From: Amphiscolops sp. MND2022
Taxonomy: Eukaryota
Length of the DNA stretch: 64,000 nt
Assembly (NCBI GenBank): GCA_964187785.1
Contig: OZ076409.1
Span: 93,374,001-93,438,000 of the forward strand
Direction of reading: 5' to 3'
In this document: piece by piece, positions 1 to 14,545 of the stretch
Position numbering within the stretch: the first letter of the stretch is position 1
Layout: each line of letters starts with the position of its first letter
The notes under the pieces: generated by a model
Databases searched by the model: none
Told to the model about the DNA's origin: nothing
Seen by the model: the letters and a program-made list of their open reading frames with translations, nothing else
Translations under genes and position numbers: made by a program

Positions 1-1069
1 TTTTGGTATTTTGGCGAATTCTTTTTGAGAAAAAGACAAGAGTTCATCCAGATTTCGGGGATTTCTCTGGGAGACTGCCTTCTTTAGAACTGACCACAAA
101 CTTTTAATAATATTCAGATCTGGTGACTGTGGCGGCCAATTTTCTAGACAAAGGAAGACCTTTTCCTCGAAAAAAATTCGCGTTTTTCGGCACTGTGGAC
201 CGGGGCGTTGTCTTGTTGGAAAATTTCATGCAAATCCAAGAAGTTTAGGGCATGATCTTTCAGAATTTGTATATAACAGCTGGTATCCACTTTGTTTTTT
301 ATTGGAACGATAATTTTTTCTCTGTTCGATCGAATGCACCCCCAAAGCATTAGCGTTTGTGATGGAATTAGACGATGTTTAAGGACGTATTTCTGATTAA
401 ATCGCTTGCTTCTGGGACGTCGTACAAAAATTTTCCTTGTCGGTCGCAATTCCATCATTGTTTCGTCCGAAAAAAATACGTTTTTGCACGGAAAACTTCT
501 CATTTTTTCCCGACACCCAGTCAATCTTTTTTGCCGGTTTACATCGGATATAAGAGGTTTCTTCGGACATATTCTGGCTTTCAGACCACGGCTGGCTAAG
601 ATTTGTCGGATATAAGACGCAGAAATTTCGAAGGAGAACTCTTTTTTATTTCGGTAGAGTTAAGGAATGGGTCTTTTTTCGCTTTTTCGCTGTCCTAACG
701 ACAATTTTTTTTTCATTTTTTCGGTTATTTTGCGGTTTCTACCCGGTCTTTTCCTATCTTCTACGGTTCCAAATGCTTCGTACTTCTTGATGATGCGAAG
801 AACTGTTGATGAAAATATTAATAACTCTTTGGAAATTCGGCAAAACTTCCATTTTTGTTTGTACAGGTTAATAACCTGGCGTCGCTTTTGCAGACTAATT
901 TTTGGCATCCTACTCAAAATTGTGACGGTAAATTTACTATCCACTTCAAGAACTGGAGTTTCCAAAACAAACAAAACCCGAGGACATTCCGACGCCTAGA
1001 TCTTGAGATATTCTAGTTTGAGATTTACAAACTAGATTCGTTATGTTGCTTTTAATATTATCACTACTG
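1..1069 (-). mobile_element. Tc1/mariner DNA transposon relic (frameshifted transposase), truncated by window start
   Basis: Minus-strand ORF pieces: paired-like HTH (660-974), FSDET..LWGCI..FQQDNAPVH (144-524) and WPPQSPDLNII in another frame near 95-140. Terminal repeat CAGTAGTGATAATATTAAAAGCAA ends at 1069, flanked by TA. Confidence 0.9.
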
Positions 1070-2369
1070 TACCTTGCGAAGTAGCTGTAAGATTTCTGAG
1101 GAATCAATCGGAAAAAGTGGTTTTCTCAAAGACAAGACAGCCCGATAAGTCGATGCTATCTTTTGCTGAAATTGTTAACTATGTAGAAAGATTGCAAGCA
1201 ACCGCGCCATTCTGTCCAGTACCAAATTCAAATCAGAATTTCAGATGAGTTCATCTATTTCAGCCAAATTTTATTCAATATTATGATTTTATGATCAAGT
1301 ATGTTTATGCCCGAAGTCACTTAAAACGAAATGGCAAAACAGAGGGCGAATGAAAGAAATTGGTGAAATGAACAAAAAAAGCATTACAAATGCCAACCTC
1401 AGAACAGTATCACGCTTATCGTGGAAAGATTACAGCAAGATCGTATCAATCATAGATCACACATAACGATTCGTAGTACGAATCATAACACGAAATGCAT
1501 GTATTCTAAGATTTTCTGTTGAAAAATAATAAAGTGGGGCAATTATGTTTCATAATTTAACCATCGCACTAATTTTTGCATACCCTTTTTCATTGCAAGA
1601 GCGTCTTCGGTGACTTCAGGCGTAACGACATTTAATTTTAGGTTGATCACCTGAAATTGCGCAAAATTGGTGAATTCATCTGAGGTTTTGATTGAAATTT
1701 TGTCAGGTTTTTTCACTATTTGGCTGTTCGACCTGTGGGTTTGCCGTCTCTTTGTGTCAATCACCTTCTCTATTGAGTTACTACAAACCATATTGCTACT
1801 TTGCTAGGTAGAGTTCTCAATTAGGCTATAAAATGGAGTAATGCTTTCGAGTTTCTTACGTGCATTGCGGACACTGTGCTAGAACTCTATCAAACGTTTT
1901 GTGATACAGTCGTATTACGGCATCAAGCCAAACGTAATACCACTTGCGGCACGATCATCGCTACGATTCTGACATGATTGTACCGCGAACTTCGTACGAT
2001 CGTACAGCCACTTGCATGTGGAAGTAATGCCTTTTTTTAAATAAGGGTTTAGTGACATTAGTGACTTTTTTTTGTTGATGTCCTTCAATCAAAAGTTCAG
2101 GTGATACAATGCCATAGCAGTTCGGTTGGAGGTCCTCTACTTGAAATCATCTATATTACACTAATCAACAAAAACACTGTTATAGTGTACAACCCAGTCT
2201 TGCTTTCGTGTGTTAAATGTTACCCTCTGGAAACTCGTAGGAAAGGTTGTAGCTTCAAGATAAACTCAAAACTAGAAAAAACAGTGATAACCATTAACAA
2301 TCTCCTGCTTCCTGAACTTATCAGTTTCCTGAACAATATACAGGCAGGTTGCTTCCATTGCTGTATTTT

Positions 2370-2852
2370 TAGTCGGCGCTTTTCGTAGACATTTTTAAGA
2401 CCAACGAAGTGAAAGATTTTATAAGCTTTATAAGCTGGCTTCCACTAACATTAACTGCCACACTACTTCTACTGACACTTGTCATAGAGGTTAATTAGGA
2501 TTTTTTGAGGTTTGCAAAGGACGTGGGTTCGAGTCTCGCCCTTGGCCAATTTTTTTTGGTCATTTCGGCTTTGTGAGACTTTTTTTGCAATTTTTTTAAT
2601 GTCTCCAAAGGGTCCCCCTTCATTTTTTTTCAATTTTGCAACAGATTGGGTATTAGAGAAATCCCAAAGGGCCCCCCTTTACATTTTTCGGCACTATGCG
2701 ACCTACCAGAAACTTCAAAAAAAATTCGAAAAACAATTTGGATATTTTTTCCTCATCTGGGTACTGTAAAAGAGACTACTTGACACTTTGAAGTCCTTTT
2801 GCTGTTTTTGAGCCTTAGATATGGCGCCGACTTGGGCCGATCCCGACTTGTT
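2370..2852 (-). repeat. Helentron/DINE-1-like non-autonomous interspersed repeat
   Basis: Reverse-complement copy of the family at 46048, 49290 and 58300 (AACAAG..GTCGGCGC..TCTAAGGCTC start, GGGACCCTTT and CACAGTGCCGAAAA internal repeats, AGCGCCGACTA end). Superfamily is inferred from the subterminal inverted-repeat layout. Confidence 0.55.
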
Positions 2853-4427
2853 TGTAGTTGAACAAGAAGTGAAATTTTTCTAGTTTTTTGAACAAGAAGT
2901 GAAAAGACTAACTTTCTCAGCGAAGTCTGAGACGATGGATGACATGGCAGTTCGTTCACGTCAGGTGACATTGCCTGGTAGTTGAACTTCGACTTGAGAT
3001 AATTTCTGAAAAATGAGAAAGGAAATGAAAATTGAAAACAATAAAATCATTGAACATAAAAAGCAGCTGCTCAAACTATGGTGCTATAAAACATGCACTG
3101 AAACAAACAATGCAAAGATTTAATATTTCAAGGGTAATGCTGCTGTGTTGTACTCGCAAATTGATTAAGTTGCATGGATCAACCAAACAGGGAGATAACG
3201 TCTTTCATTTTCGGCATATTACGTCACACAGCTCTCAAGTCACAAAAAAAGGTTTTCCTGAAAGTTTCTAACCACAATTTGCTCGTGGCCAGTTTTCGGC
3301 ACTGTGAGATTTCTTTATCAATATTAGAGTGGCTGTGCAGATTTGAGTTATCGTGAATCGAAAAATTCGCAAAACTATCTGGGATCGAATTTTGATTTGA
3401 TTTTATCTAAGGTCAAAAAATTTTAGTGGAAACACCCTTATCGAGCATGAAAGGCACCCTTTGGGTGTCTCGAAACTGTTCTCTGAGCTTTTCATAAAAA
3501 CGTCCTGGGCATATTTTAGAAACTTTGTTATTTTTGAGCCTTAGATTTCGCGCCGACTTCACTCGTTCCAATCTTGTATGTACATTTTTCCGAAAATTTG
3601 ACGCAATGATTGGTTGACACCCGAGAGATAGATTAGAGATTTCCTGTTCTATCAGAGGTGGGACCCAGATGTAATAGATTTTTTGTAGTCTGAGCATTTT
3701 TTAGCGTGAGGAAGTCATCGGAGTCATCGTAAGAGCGTATATAGGGCCTCAGAGACAAAATCTGAAAGAATCTCTTGCATTTTTCTCCTTGAACATACCT
3801 GACAGGGATTTTTTAAATCGTTTGTATTTTGTATCCAAAACAAAATTTCGCCGTCAAAAATACCTGACCACCCACCAATCGACTACAGAACGCAAAATAA
3901 GGACGGAAAAGGGCAAATTCCAGACATTTCTAAGTCTATTCAGATATTGGTCATGTCTAGTCCAGAGATATTTTATTCTTGGTTCAGACCTGGGCTAAAA
4001 TATTTTGTGCCAAAATCTGGTCACCGATTTTTCCTCTTTCAGACAGGGGGCCAGAGCAGATTCGACCCCAGACTAAGAACTCTCTGGGGTGACAATACGG
4101 GTTCCCTAATTCGAACATCATTAGCGATCATAACGACTAAAGCTTCCCAGTTTTCAAGTTACCAAAACTTGACAAAGCTAGTTAGTAATACGATGTAAAC
4201 GATGAAATTGGTTCAATTTTCTTGATCGTTGTATTTTTTGGTACAAATCTCCTTTTTAAATAGATTAGAACGCGGGACTACAGTAACTTAAAACGATGGG
4301 CAAAACAAAAAAAAACAATTGATCTCGATTGCAATAAATTGGAGAATAAATTGTGTTTTAGTTACTTTGATTTTCAAGACAATCTTAGTTTTCAAAGGTT
4401 AAACGACCTCTACCTTAAATCAATTGC

Positions 4428-4571
4428 ACTTTGACGAACTGTGAAGTTTGTAAGTATTTGTAATTAAATCTCGGGTGTGACGTAGGAAGAAGCTGAAGAT
4501 GCATTTCAACTTTTTACGTCACCTCAGAGATTTAATTACAGAAATTTCAACCCTCCACAGTTCTCAAAAGT
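4428..4571. repeat. Long imperfect inverted repeat (foldback/MITE core)
   Basis: GAACTGTG..TGTAATTAAATCTC..GTGACGTA pairs with TACGTCAC..GAGATTTAATTACA..CACAGTTC. Confidence 0.6.
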
Positions 4572-5400
4572 AACAAATAGATATACTCCTGAAATTTTCG
4601 ACTTTTTAATTAGCTCCCCAAAGTGTCGGAAAAAGCATTAGTGAAATTGAATCATGTAAATTGTATCCTGTAAGTGTAACCGAGTTTCTTCTAAAAACAG
4701 ATTCGATCATCACTCGAAATTGCGGTTACTCAAGATGCTCAATGAGATTCTTTGGGTTTTAATCATCAATCTCATTATCATAAAAAATTTTAATTTTCAT
4801 GATTCGTCTTCAGCTGATTGGAAAGAAAAAAAGAAATCTAAACAGAAGCCAGCAATTTTTTGAAACCCTGGTAACGTTTATGAGATTTTTCCACCATGGT
4901 ATCAACTAGTAGCATGTTACCAGATCAAAGTAACAAAACGACACCTCGAAAAACTATCAAAAATCGCAATGATTTTTGATATCTACACAAGGGCAGTTTT
5001 TCATTTGAGAAATTTGGTGCAGAAAGGCTGCCGAAGGCAAATTTGAGCGCTAATAGACTTTGATTCATCTGAAAATATTTTGCTCTAAAAATCGTTCGGA
5101 GGCTTTACTTGGGCGGGTCGTTCGCTTCTGTTCACACGGGACCCAGAAGCTGAAATGAAACTTAATTGGTTTTCCTTTAGAATTTTTATTCTTTCACAAA
5201 ACGTAAGATTTCACAAACGTAGATATGTTTTGAAAAACGTTCAAAGTGGACCAAAACGTGTCAAAGACGAATTTTGACCTTGAACTTTTTTTAGATTTTG
5301 AAGACTATCCACATATGATAGGAAACCAAGAACATTTAACGTAACAGTCCAACGAAACCAACAACAAAATATTTGGCTGTCGTCATGTCGTCTTGATTTT

Positions 5401-6626
5401 TAGTCGGCGCTTAAGAAGTAAAATCCGACTATAGCAGTCGCATTTTTAAGAGACGCGAAGTGACAGATTTAATTGATAACTAATTAATACAGTATTGTTT
5501 AACTTGCCTATAAGTAAGCACGCTATATCCAAGTTTTTGGCGTTATATCCGAAGAAAGTTGCGATTCACTAAAAAAGAGGTCGAGGTTGGAAAAATGCGC
5601 TCACATATGGCAAAGCACTGCACTTTATGTCTCAACTTTTGACGTTTTATTCGATGTAAATTGCGTTCTACTAAAGAGAAGACGGAGGTTGGAAAATTTT
5701 GTGGTATATCCGAAGTTTGTTTCTTTTTCAAGACCAGCGAACGGACACATTTCCGTCACGTAAGCATTTCTTTAGGTTAACTTAGTACCATCCAATTGAC
5801 AACTGTCTATACCAATTAAATTTTATGTTTGCAAAAGTAGGAGAGACCAAATTAGTATTTTTCGGCACTATGTGAATTTTTCCAACCGAGGTTCCTCTCT
5901 TTGATTTTAGCAGGATTAAAGCAAAGCATAGGAGTACCACGTCCGTTTTTTGGTGCGATGCTACCACATCCGGCACGATGCAAGTGACCAAATTAAGAAA
6001 ATTTTGTTCATTTTTTTCTCTAATTTTTTTGAGGTTTTCTGTTATGAAAACGTTTTCCCGAGTTTTAAGGTGACCTCATTTTTAGTCGCCGTTTTCGAAG
6101 AAAAAGCACACCTCTTACAGTGGCTAGTTTTTTTCTTCGTGAGTTCAACACGATCGGTCCGCTGTTTGTGCGTTTCGCACTTTCACTATAAGTACTTAGC
6201 ATTTCTTTTTGAACGTATCCAAAGCCTCTAACATGAAATAAAAAACCATTCCACCGTAGAAGGGCCCCCCTTTCCACTTTTTTCTACACTATGAGACATT
6301 CTTCCTTTTCGGCTTTGTGAGACTTTTTTTTCGAAATTTTTCGATGTCTCCAAAGGGTTCCCCTTGAAATTTTTGATAATTTGCAACAAAATGGATGTTA
6401 AGAACCCCTTTCAAATTTTTGGCTTTATGAGACTGTTCAAATTTTTTCAATTTTCATTTTATTCGAAACTCTTTCAATGCTTCAATGGGTCCCCCTTCAT
6501 TTTTGTTCATTTACTGCAACAGAATGGAGTTTCAAAAAGCCCAAAGGGTCCCCCTTTTATAATTTAAAAAACTTTGCGCTTTTGAGCCTTAGATGTAGCA
6601 CCTAGTTTGGCCGTTCATGGCACGTT
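5401..6626 (-). repeat. Degenerate, possibly composite Helentron/DINE-like repeat
   Basis: TAGTCGGCGC..CCGACTA hairpin at 5401, AAAGGGTCCCCC repeats and TTTTGAGCCTTAGAT near 6580. Confidence 0.45.
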
Positions 6627-6899
6627 TGGTCCTGTGGAAGTGATGAAAGTTTTCTCATTAACTGTTGAAAAGACCTACGGTATTTTTCAGCACTGTGGGA
6701 AAAGATATTGTTTCGTCAAAGTGTTATCTTTCACTTTCATGAATTGTTTTTGGCTTGAAAGAGCGTTTTGCGAGGTTAAAACTACATTTTGGGCACTATA
6801 AGACATTTTCGGAAGCAAAAACGTCCAAAAGCAATGAGGTTTTGTTGTTCCCAGTTGGGGAAAAGTGGTTTCCGAGTCTCATGCGTATCCCTTTGGGTA

Positions 6900-7979
6900 C
6901 CCGGGTTGACCCTCTTACTAGCATCTTGGCTGTCTTGTCAAGATCTTGCCAAATTCTTACTACATCTTGGCATCCATGGATCCCATGGCAAGATTCCTAT
7001 CAAGATCTTACTAAGATACTACTTATTCCAAGATCGTATCTTATCACGATGGACAAAGTTTTAAGATTATAAAAAAACACTATACCTTCGGTACAAGCAG
7101 CCGAGACTCAATCTTAAGGCTCATTTCACCCAACAACGACTATTTCTACTCGTTTTCAAAATCAAAATGCTTAAACCTGCTGAAAAAATTTTGCATGCAA
7201 AAATGCGTGAAAAATTACGATAACGTAGTCTGGCTTCCAAAATTTTGACGAGAATCCTACTAACTGCTCACCTGTTTAGGACTGAGAAATGCGAATGTAC
7301 CTAATGAAAGGTCATTTCAAGGGCTTTCCAAAACTTGTAATTCATCACTCCTGTCGATTCTAGAGGCGGAGAAATATGCTCTTAAACGTCCAGATCCACT
7401 ATCGGAAAGTTAAAAAGGAAAGACCTTAAAATCCTGAAAGTTTTGTAAAAATCATATTTCCAGCTTCTTTGAGCCTTTTTCAGCAGCCTTATTACTGCTA
7501 GAAACAGCGGTCATTGCTCTAATGTGGGCAATGATTCAGCTCAAGGCTTTTCTGACGCCGTTGTTGGCGACAGTTTTGCAATTGAAAGAACAATATCGAT
7601 ATCGAAATGGTTATAAAAATCATTCAGTAATTTTGTTTTGAGTGATGTCTAGATTATTTTTCCATAAATCTTAATTTAATGGTTTTCCGATTCTACTTTT
7701 TCTCGATATCGAGCAGTTCGTAGCAATTTTTTTCCTGCCATCTTCGACTTCTTAGTTAGGTTTTTCTTGCCATATTGGGCTTCATAGTAAGATTTTTCTT
7801 GCCATATTGGGCTTCTTAGTAAGATTTTTCTTGGAAAAATGGCTCTCTTGATAAGATCTTACCATGGCATCTTGTAATTCTTGGCAATATCTTGTCACGA
7901 TCTTAGCTAAGATTTTTCCAAGATCTTGGCAAGCTCTTACCAAGATCTTACTAAGATATCCATGGAGGGTCGACCCGGG
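6900..7979. mobile_element. Non-autonomous TIR element, CCC..GGG termini, 2-bp TSD (TA)
   Basis: TIR CCCGGGTTGACCCTC / GAGGGTCGACCCGGG, TA on both sides, subterminal CAAGATCTTG-type palindromes at both ends. Confidence 0.8.
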
Positions 7980-8458
7980 TATTTTTCGACACTGAGAAAT
8001 TGATAAAATTTTAACAACAGTGTTCTTTGCATATCTAAGAAACTTGGTTTTTTGAAACTTGACCGTTCCCGGCTTGTCTCTCAGACTGACAAGTTTCGTT
8101 AGTGTAGAAAAACAGAAAAAAAATAAACATTTTGCCGTTGCTCCAGTCACGGTGCGTGCATTTAAGTATCCAATTGAAACATAGAAAGTTTCGGTCAGAG
8201 ATGGTGACAAAATTGTGTATTCCTATCTTCAGTTTCAGCTTCAGTAAAAATCTGTATATTTTCATATTTGACCTGAAGACAAACTGAAAACTGTTTTTCA
8301 GGCTTCTAATTTCGGCCTCAGAAATTGTCCCGTCATTCAACCAATCAATGAATCTTGGATGATATTTCATAACAAATATTTTGTGGAAGCATTTCTCTGG
8401 AACCTTGGAAATCAGGGCAACGCGTTTTTTTTTGGATCAAGTACTAGACGCAAAGCTA

Positions 8459-8819
8459 CCAGGTGAACCAAAAAAACGGAACGCACAGAAAATTTTGTGC
8501 TCTCAAAATGTCAAATATTTGTCAACAAAATGTTTCAAAACAACTAGGAACGCTGAAATTCAGCTTGTCAATCATTCAATTTGACAACATTGCTTTCACA
8601 CATTTTCACACTTTCACGCATCAGAAGTGCAAACAACGTGACTGGTAAAGATGTCAAGAATTTCACTGAGGGTTCGAATAATCATTTGATGAAGATTTGA
8701 TTACGTAATGAGAGCTCCGATTTGAAAGAATGACTAGACAATTTTCTGAGCCTTCTTTACAAATATTACAATTTTGAAGAGCGAAATTTTTGTGCGTTCG
8801 TTTTTTTTGGTTCACCTAG
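8459..8819. mobile_element. Tc1/mariner-type MITE
   Basis: About 40-bp imperfect TIRs CCAGGTGAACCAAAAAAACGGAACGCACA / TGTGCGTTCGTTTTTTTTGGTTCACCTAG, flanked by TA on both sides. Confidence 0.75.
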
Positions 8820-8978
8820 TATTTTCTCACTGAGAAGAAACACGAAATGAAAGAGAAACTAGAAGCATTAGTCAGCCATACACGACAAGCCGCGGCGCAC
8901 AAATGAAAAGATTGCAGCGCATTAATGTTTAACACATGTCACATTCATGTCACATTCATGTACATACATGTGGCTTTC

Positions 8979-9417
8979 GGTATCAGGTCAAAATCTCCTA
9001 AGTTAAAATCTCCTAAGTTAAAATCTCCTAGACCTAAATCTCCTAGGCTAAAATCTCCTAGACCTAAATCTCCTAGGTCATAATCTCCTAAATTGAATTT
9101 CATAGTGTGAAAGTAACTTTGATTAAGCATTAAAAGCTGAGACAGTCATTGAAAGATTATTACATAATTGACTAATGAGTGAAGGTTTGCAATTAAGTTT
9201 GAAAATGGTTGAAAATTGAGGTTAGCCTTTGTTCCTAAGCGAACAGCTTTCCGCTTCAATTAAGTTGGCGAGTTGTTTTTCGATGAGTTTCTTTTATTCT
9301 AATTTTAGGAGATTTTGACCTAGGAGATTTAGGTCTAGGAGATTTTAACTTGGGAGATTTTAACCTAGGAGATTTTAACTTAGGAGATTTTGACTTAGGA
9401 GATTTTGACATGTAACC
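8979..9417. mobile_element. Mutator-like foldback MITE with 15-bp tandem subterminal repeats
   Basis: Inverted arrays of AAATCTCCTA.. (8990-9090) and TAGGAGATTT.. (9305-9410). 9-bp TSD GTGGCTTTC at 8970-8978 and 9418-9426. Confidence 0.85.
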
Positions 9418-10688
9418 GTGGCTTTCATGTTTTTACATGAAGCTTTCATGTTTTTACCCGGCAGCAGCTTTGGTAGGCGAGTACTCGGATCTTTTCAACT
9501 CTATCGGGGCGATTATCGTCGTGTGCTTTCTAACAAAATAAACAACAAACAATAAATGAAGAACACCGGAGTAAAAACGAAACGAAAAACAATTATGAAA
9601 GTTTCAAGAACTCTGAAGCAAGTGTTTGATGATTACTGATGATGATGATGAAAAACAATAGATTGTAACTCGTTGAGATTAGGTGAGGAGAGAGCAGATT
9701 TTTGGAGTAGAAATGTAAAAAGTGAAAGTAAGTTTCTTAATTAATAGGCAATTCCAAGTGAAATCTGGCTCAAAATCGGGCATTTCTAACAAAAATAAAA
9801 TAGTAAAACAGGACATTTCGGACACAAGCGGATACAAATTTATATGTGAACAATCAACATAATTTAAGTCATTTATTGATCATTTTGAACTTGTTCTCAC
9901 CTCATTTTAATTCAAACTTTGTACGAAATGTCTTGTGTACGAATTGTCCGGTTTTTTAGCCATTGTACGAAACGTCCTGTGTACGAAATGTTTTGGTGCC
10001 ATAAATGTACATCGACTAATTTTGTAAAAATTATGAATGAATCTTCTATAACTTTGATGACTTTTTCATCTAAGATGGTTGTACCTTGGAGAGTATTTAG
10101 GCGCCAACACGGGTTGAGTGGCCGCCCTTTTGAAGGGGTAACTATGGGAAAGGATCCCCCCACAATTATTGGAGCTAGAGGACGGACTACTGGGATTAAG
10201 GGCCTCTGGATTGTTGAGTCCATTGGAGCCTATATATGACACCCCTTCCATGGAAAAGGCATTAGGGGGCTCCTTACTCTCCTTGCTGTGGGTGCCATTA
10301 GTTCTCCCTTCAGTGTCCCCCCAACAAATGTAAGAAACTAAGTGAAGGTTTCCGGAGGCCCTGGTAGCAGTGCGCATAAAAGAACTTTCCTTTAGTTTTT
10401 TCTTTCAAATGTGTGATCAAAATGCATTGTCAGTACAGATTTTTCAATTTATAATTAAAAAAATGAGAGTTTCTAAAAGAAGTGTTAGATGAAAATTATC
10501 GCATGCTGATATAAAATGCAGTAGTGGGATCTTTTCAGTTAATCTCTTCCAGTTAGGCGGTCAAGTGAAAGTATCATTGAATGAATAGTAACAACTAATC
10601 AAATTGCCGTATTTTATATCTCCAACTGCAACCGAAACTCATCGCTGACAATCAAAGACAATATTCAACTGTTAATGGAGTTCCACAA

Positions 10689-11514
10689 CACAGGTTTTCA
10701 ATCTTTGAGAATCTGTGCAGATCTTCAGGATTTTTGCAGCTCCATGCAGATATGTGCAGATCTGAAAACTTACATACTCAGAAACACAATAAAAACCCCA
10801 CATCGATGTCAAAGGATTAATAAAAATGTTTAAAACTGGAGAGAAGTCATAATTTTGTCAAAATGATGAAAAATTTTCTGTAGCAATCTGTACAGATCTG
10901 TAGAGATTACAGATCTTTACAGATCTTTACAGAGCCCAACAATGACCAATAAATTACTATAACGTATTCCAAGTTAACAGAAATTACTAAAAATTCTCCA
11001 ACAAACTATGTTGCGGAAATATTACAACAACACTTTATCAACACATCTACCAACCCAGAAGATTGCCACATGTCAAATTTTATCTGTCAAAATGAAGTCA
11101 ATATGGTAAACGACCCTCTCAAAGTTGAACAAACAGTTCTGAAATGTTCAAGTGAAATGGATAAAGTACGGTGTATAACAGATACCGAACTTTCTCCAGT
11201 CACCAAAATTATCGTGATGGGGACAAATTTTCCTCCACGAGAAATTTGAGTGATGGAGAATTTCAACTAACTGACTCTAGGTTAGCTAAAATACTCGATA
11301 AAGTAGTTGAAGAAGCCCAAAAATATAGTATATCAGTTCCTTAGAAGCAGCAGAAAAACATATTTCTGCAAAAATCTTTAGGAAAATCTGCACACTACTG
11401 TAAAGATCTTGCAGATCTGTATGGTTCTTCAAGATTCAGTGCAGCGATCTTTCCAGAAAACTGCAGAAAAAATCCTGCTCATCTGCACAGATTCGCAAAG
11501 GTCGAAAACATGGG
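10689..11514 (+). mobile_element. Non-autonomous TIR element (GCAGATCT subterminal repeats), AA TSD
   Basis: TIR approximately CCCAGGTTTTCGATCTTTGCGAATCTGTGCAGAT. A second full copy in opposite orientation lies at 62951-63787. AA flanks both ends. Confidence 0.75.
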
Positions 11515-12663
11515 AAGGTTCTCTGCGTGGCACGTTACTAGGACCATGTTATCTATTTCCCCTCAGGTACACCTTGTTGGGAATCCCTCCACCAAAAAAA
11601 AAATCGAAAACTGCCATTAGATCTTTTCTGTTAATTCCACCACAGTAAGCGTGGAAACTTAATTTCCTTACCGCTATGAGGTTCAGTTGCAGTTAGAGGT
11701 ATAATATATTGCAATTTGATTAGTTATTACTATTATTTCGATGATAATTTCATTTGACCGCTTAACAGGGGAGAATTGAATCGGTGGGTAGATTAACAGA
11801 AAAGATCCGTGCTTTTCCACGGGAATATCATTTATTGAATGAATAAAACAAGTTGATACGCCTACAAATATTGACAAAAGCGTCTGGGTTTTGATCAAAT
11901 CGATGGTGAGGCGCCTGTTTGCAATTGAGTCTGTTTGTTTGAAGTTTGTACTGACCACAGGTAAAGTAAATGTAGCCATTTTGGTAACTCAATGTTGCTT
12001 TGGACGAAAAAAACTTCCTTTTCGAATGGAAAAATAAGTATTATATTTCACACAATTTCTATTTTGACACCTCCAGCCATAACAATTTTTAAACTTTGTA
12101 TCTTGTCTAAAACAGACAATTTTTGCAGATGAGACGATTTAAATTTCTTGGCTAAAGGTCCAAATGTTTGAAATGTTGAATACAAATTTCGTAGTTTTGT
12201 AAATATGGAAGTATGTTCGTTTGGAAGCACATTTCAAAGTATAATGATTGATTTTAACTGTCAATCAAGGTAAAACACATGGTTATGTCGACATGAAATA
12301 ATTTATTTGTTTTGTTTACTTAATTACTTTGGTTAAACTGGTAATTGAACTTTCTTCTCAAAATAGAAGATTAGTGATAACAATAAGCCTAGGACCATGT
12401 GTTCAATTCTTGTGCGAATCCCAGCTCCCACTCTCTCTTAACACGAAAGCTTCTTCTGTTCTTGAAAAAAATATTTCACCAACAAGAGGATATTATATGA
12501 TGGTAAATCCTCAGAGGATGTCTCTGCAACTGTTTTGACAATTCAGGCAAAACAGTTACCTTATTGTTTCGGTAAGATTGTCCAAACGAGAAGAAATTCA
12601 CGCTTAAAACAGTCTAAAGTCGTAAAATTAGTCCCTATAAAATGATCTTCGTGATAAAATCTA

Positions 12664-13616
12664 CAGTAGTGATAATATTAAAAGCAATATAAGGAGTCTA
12701 GTTTGCAAATCTCAAACTAGATTATTTCATGATCTAGAGCTCGGAATGTCTTTCGGGTTTTGTTTATTTAGTAGCGAAACTCCGTCGCTATAAGTGGGTA
12801 TTGAAATTGTCGTCACAGTTTTAATTAAGATACCAAAAATCAGTCTGCAAACGAGACACTAGGTTATTTACCTGAACAAACGAAAATAGAAGCTTTGCCG
12901 AAATTCCAAAGACTTGTCCTCAATTTCATCAACAGTTCTCCATTTTATCAGAAAGTACAAAACTTTTGGAACAGTGGAAGATAGAAAAAAGCCCGGTAGA
13001 AACCGCAGAATAACAAAAAAAATGAAACCAATTGTAGTCAGGACAGCGGAAAAGACCCATTCCTCAAGTCCGAAAATTCAGCGTCTTATATCTAGCGAAT
13101 TTTGGTCAACAGCGGTCTGAAATCTAGAATCTGCCCGTAAGGAACCTCTTATATCCGATGTAAACCGGCAAAAAAGAGCGGATTCGTGTCGGGATAAACT
13201 GCGACGTTTTTCGTGGAAAAATGTATTTTTTTTCGGATTAAACAAGGATGGAACTGCAGCCTACGAGACGAATTGTTTTTGGAAGCCCCAAAAACAAGCA
13301 ATTGAATCAAAAATACGTCCTGAAGTATCGTCTATTTCCATCAAAAAAGCAAAAGCTTTGGGGTGCAGTCAATCGAATGGTGAAAAACTGATTGCTGCAA
13401 TAAAGAAGTGGATGCAAGCTGTTATATTCAAATTTTGGAAAAAAAAATACGAAACTAATTAGAATACAAAACAATGGATATGCAACTAAACTTTGAGATG
13501 TAAGCAGTATTTTTTATGTTCAAAACTTTTCATGTGTCTCATTTCTGTTCTGAGTTATTGCACTTTGAGATATATGAAGTCTTCTCACCATGTTGCTTCA
13601 AATAATATCACTACTG
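12664..13616 (+). mobile_element. Internally deleted, decayed Tc1 element, same family as 1-1069
   Basis: TA|CAGTAGTGATAATATTAAAAGCAA ... TTGCTTCAAATAATATCACTACTG|TA. Residual peptide KYKTFGTVEDRKKPGRNRRIT matches the 660-974 ORF. Confidence 0.9.
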
Positions 13617-14545
13617 TAACGAGCAACTTCTAACTGGTCAGTCAATGTAATGGATATGATCATGTCGATATCAATTCTTTTTTGGACCAATATTTCAACG
13701 CAAACGATGTCGACATAATGGTATTTGAACCTTGTGTTTTATTTCCCCCCTTGTAACCGGAATTTAATACATGGTCCCATTTGACTTCTGTAATTAGTTT
13801 CTTGCTTTTTTGTCAATCATTCTTTATTAGGTTTCACAATTTGATGAATTGAAAAAAAAATCAGTAATGAATAAAAAATTGGAAACACTGAATTCCTTAG
13901 GCGAACCATCCTTAGGTTCAATTACGCGATGAGAGATCTATGCTAAACGATTGACAGAAAAAGTGAAAAATACAATACTGTGATTGAGAAAAAAATTGTC
14001 ACATGACGTTTGTTTGCTCCTACTTTTGATTTTAACCTGCGCAACGAGTTAAATCTAGTGCGAATCCATCTTAATACTTGGAGTTTGAGGATATTCAACC
14101 TTTAAGTTGGATCTTCCGAAAACAGTTGATCATTTTTGTAATCAAAATACATCCACGGATTCACTAACATCGTATGAGCATATTGAAAATGAAATTTTCG
14201 AAAAACTTTGGATAAAAAGGTTAAAAATTGGAAAAGTTGTCACAATGATCAAGTCTCAAAATCAGCTTTTTGTAAATTTCTCTATTTTTACCTCAGCAAT
14301 TTTGAAAAATTAAAATGTACAATGGAAGAACATTTTACTTCTGATGTTTTTCAAAGTTTTAACCGATTTAAAAAAACTGTCCCGATGTTTTCTAAATCAC
14401 AATACTGTAATTCAGTGCCTTTTTCACAAATCTTACTACTCCGATGACATGTTCCTAAACCTGCTTTCTTATCAAAAAACAATCGTGCCTCAGAACAAAG
14501 TTTGTTCTTATTTTTCTCTACAAAATATGCATCAAATTCATCTGT

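Noticed and set aside
8945..9130. LGDFN-repeat peptide ORF
   Set aside because: Translation of the 15-bp subterminal array of a MITE.
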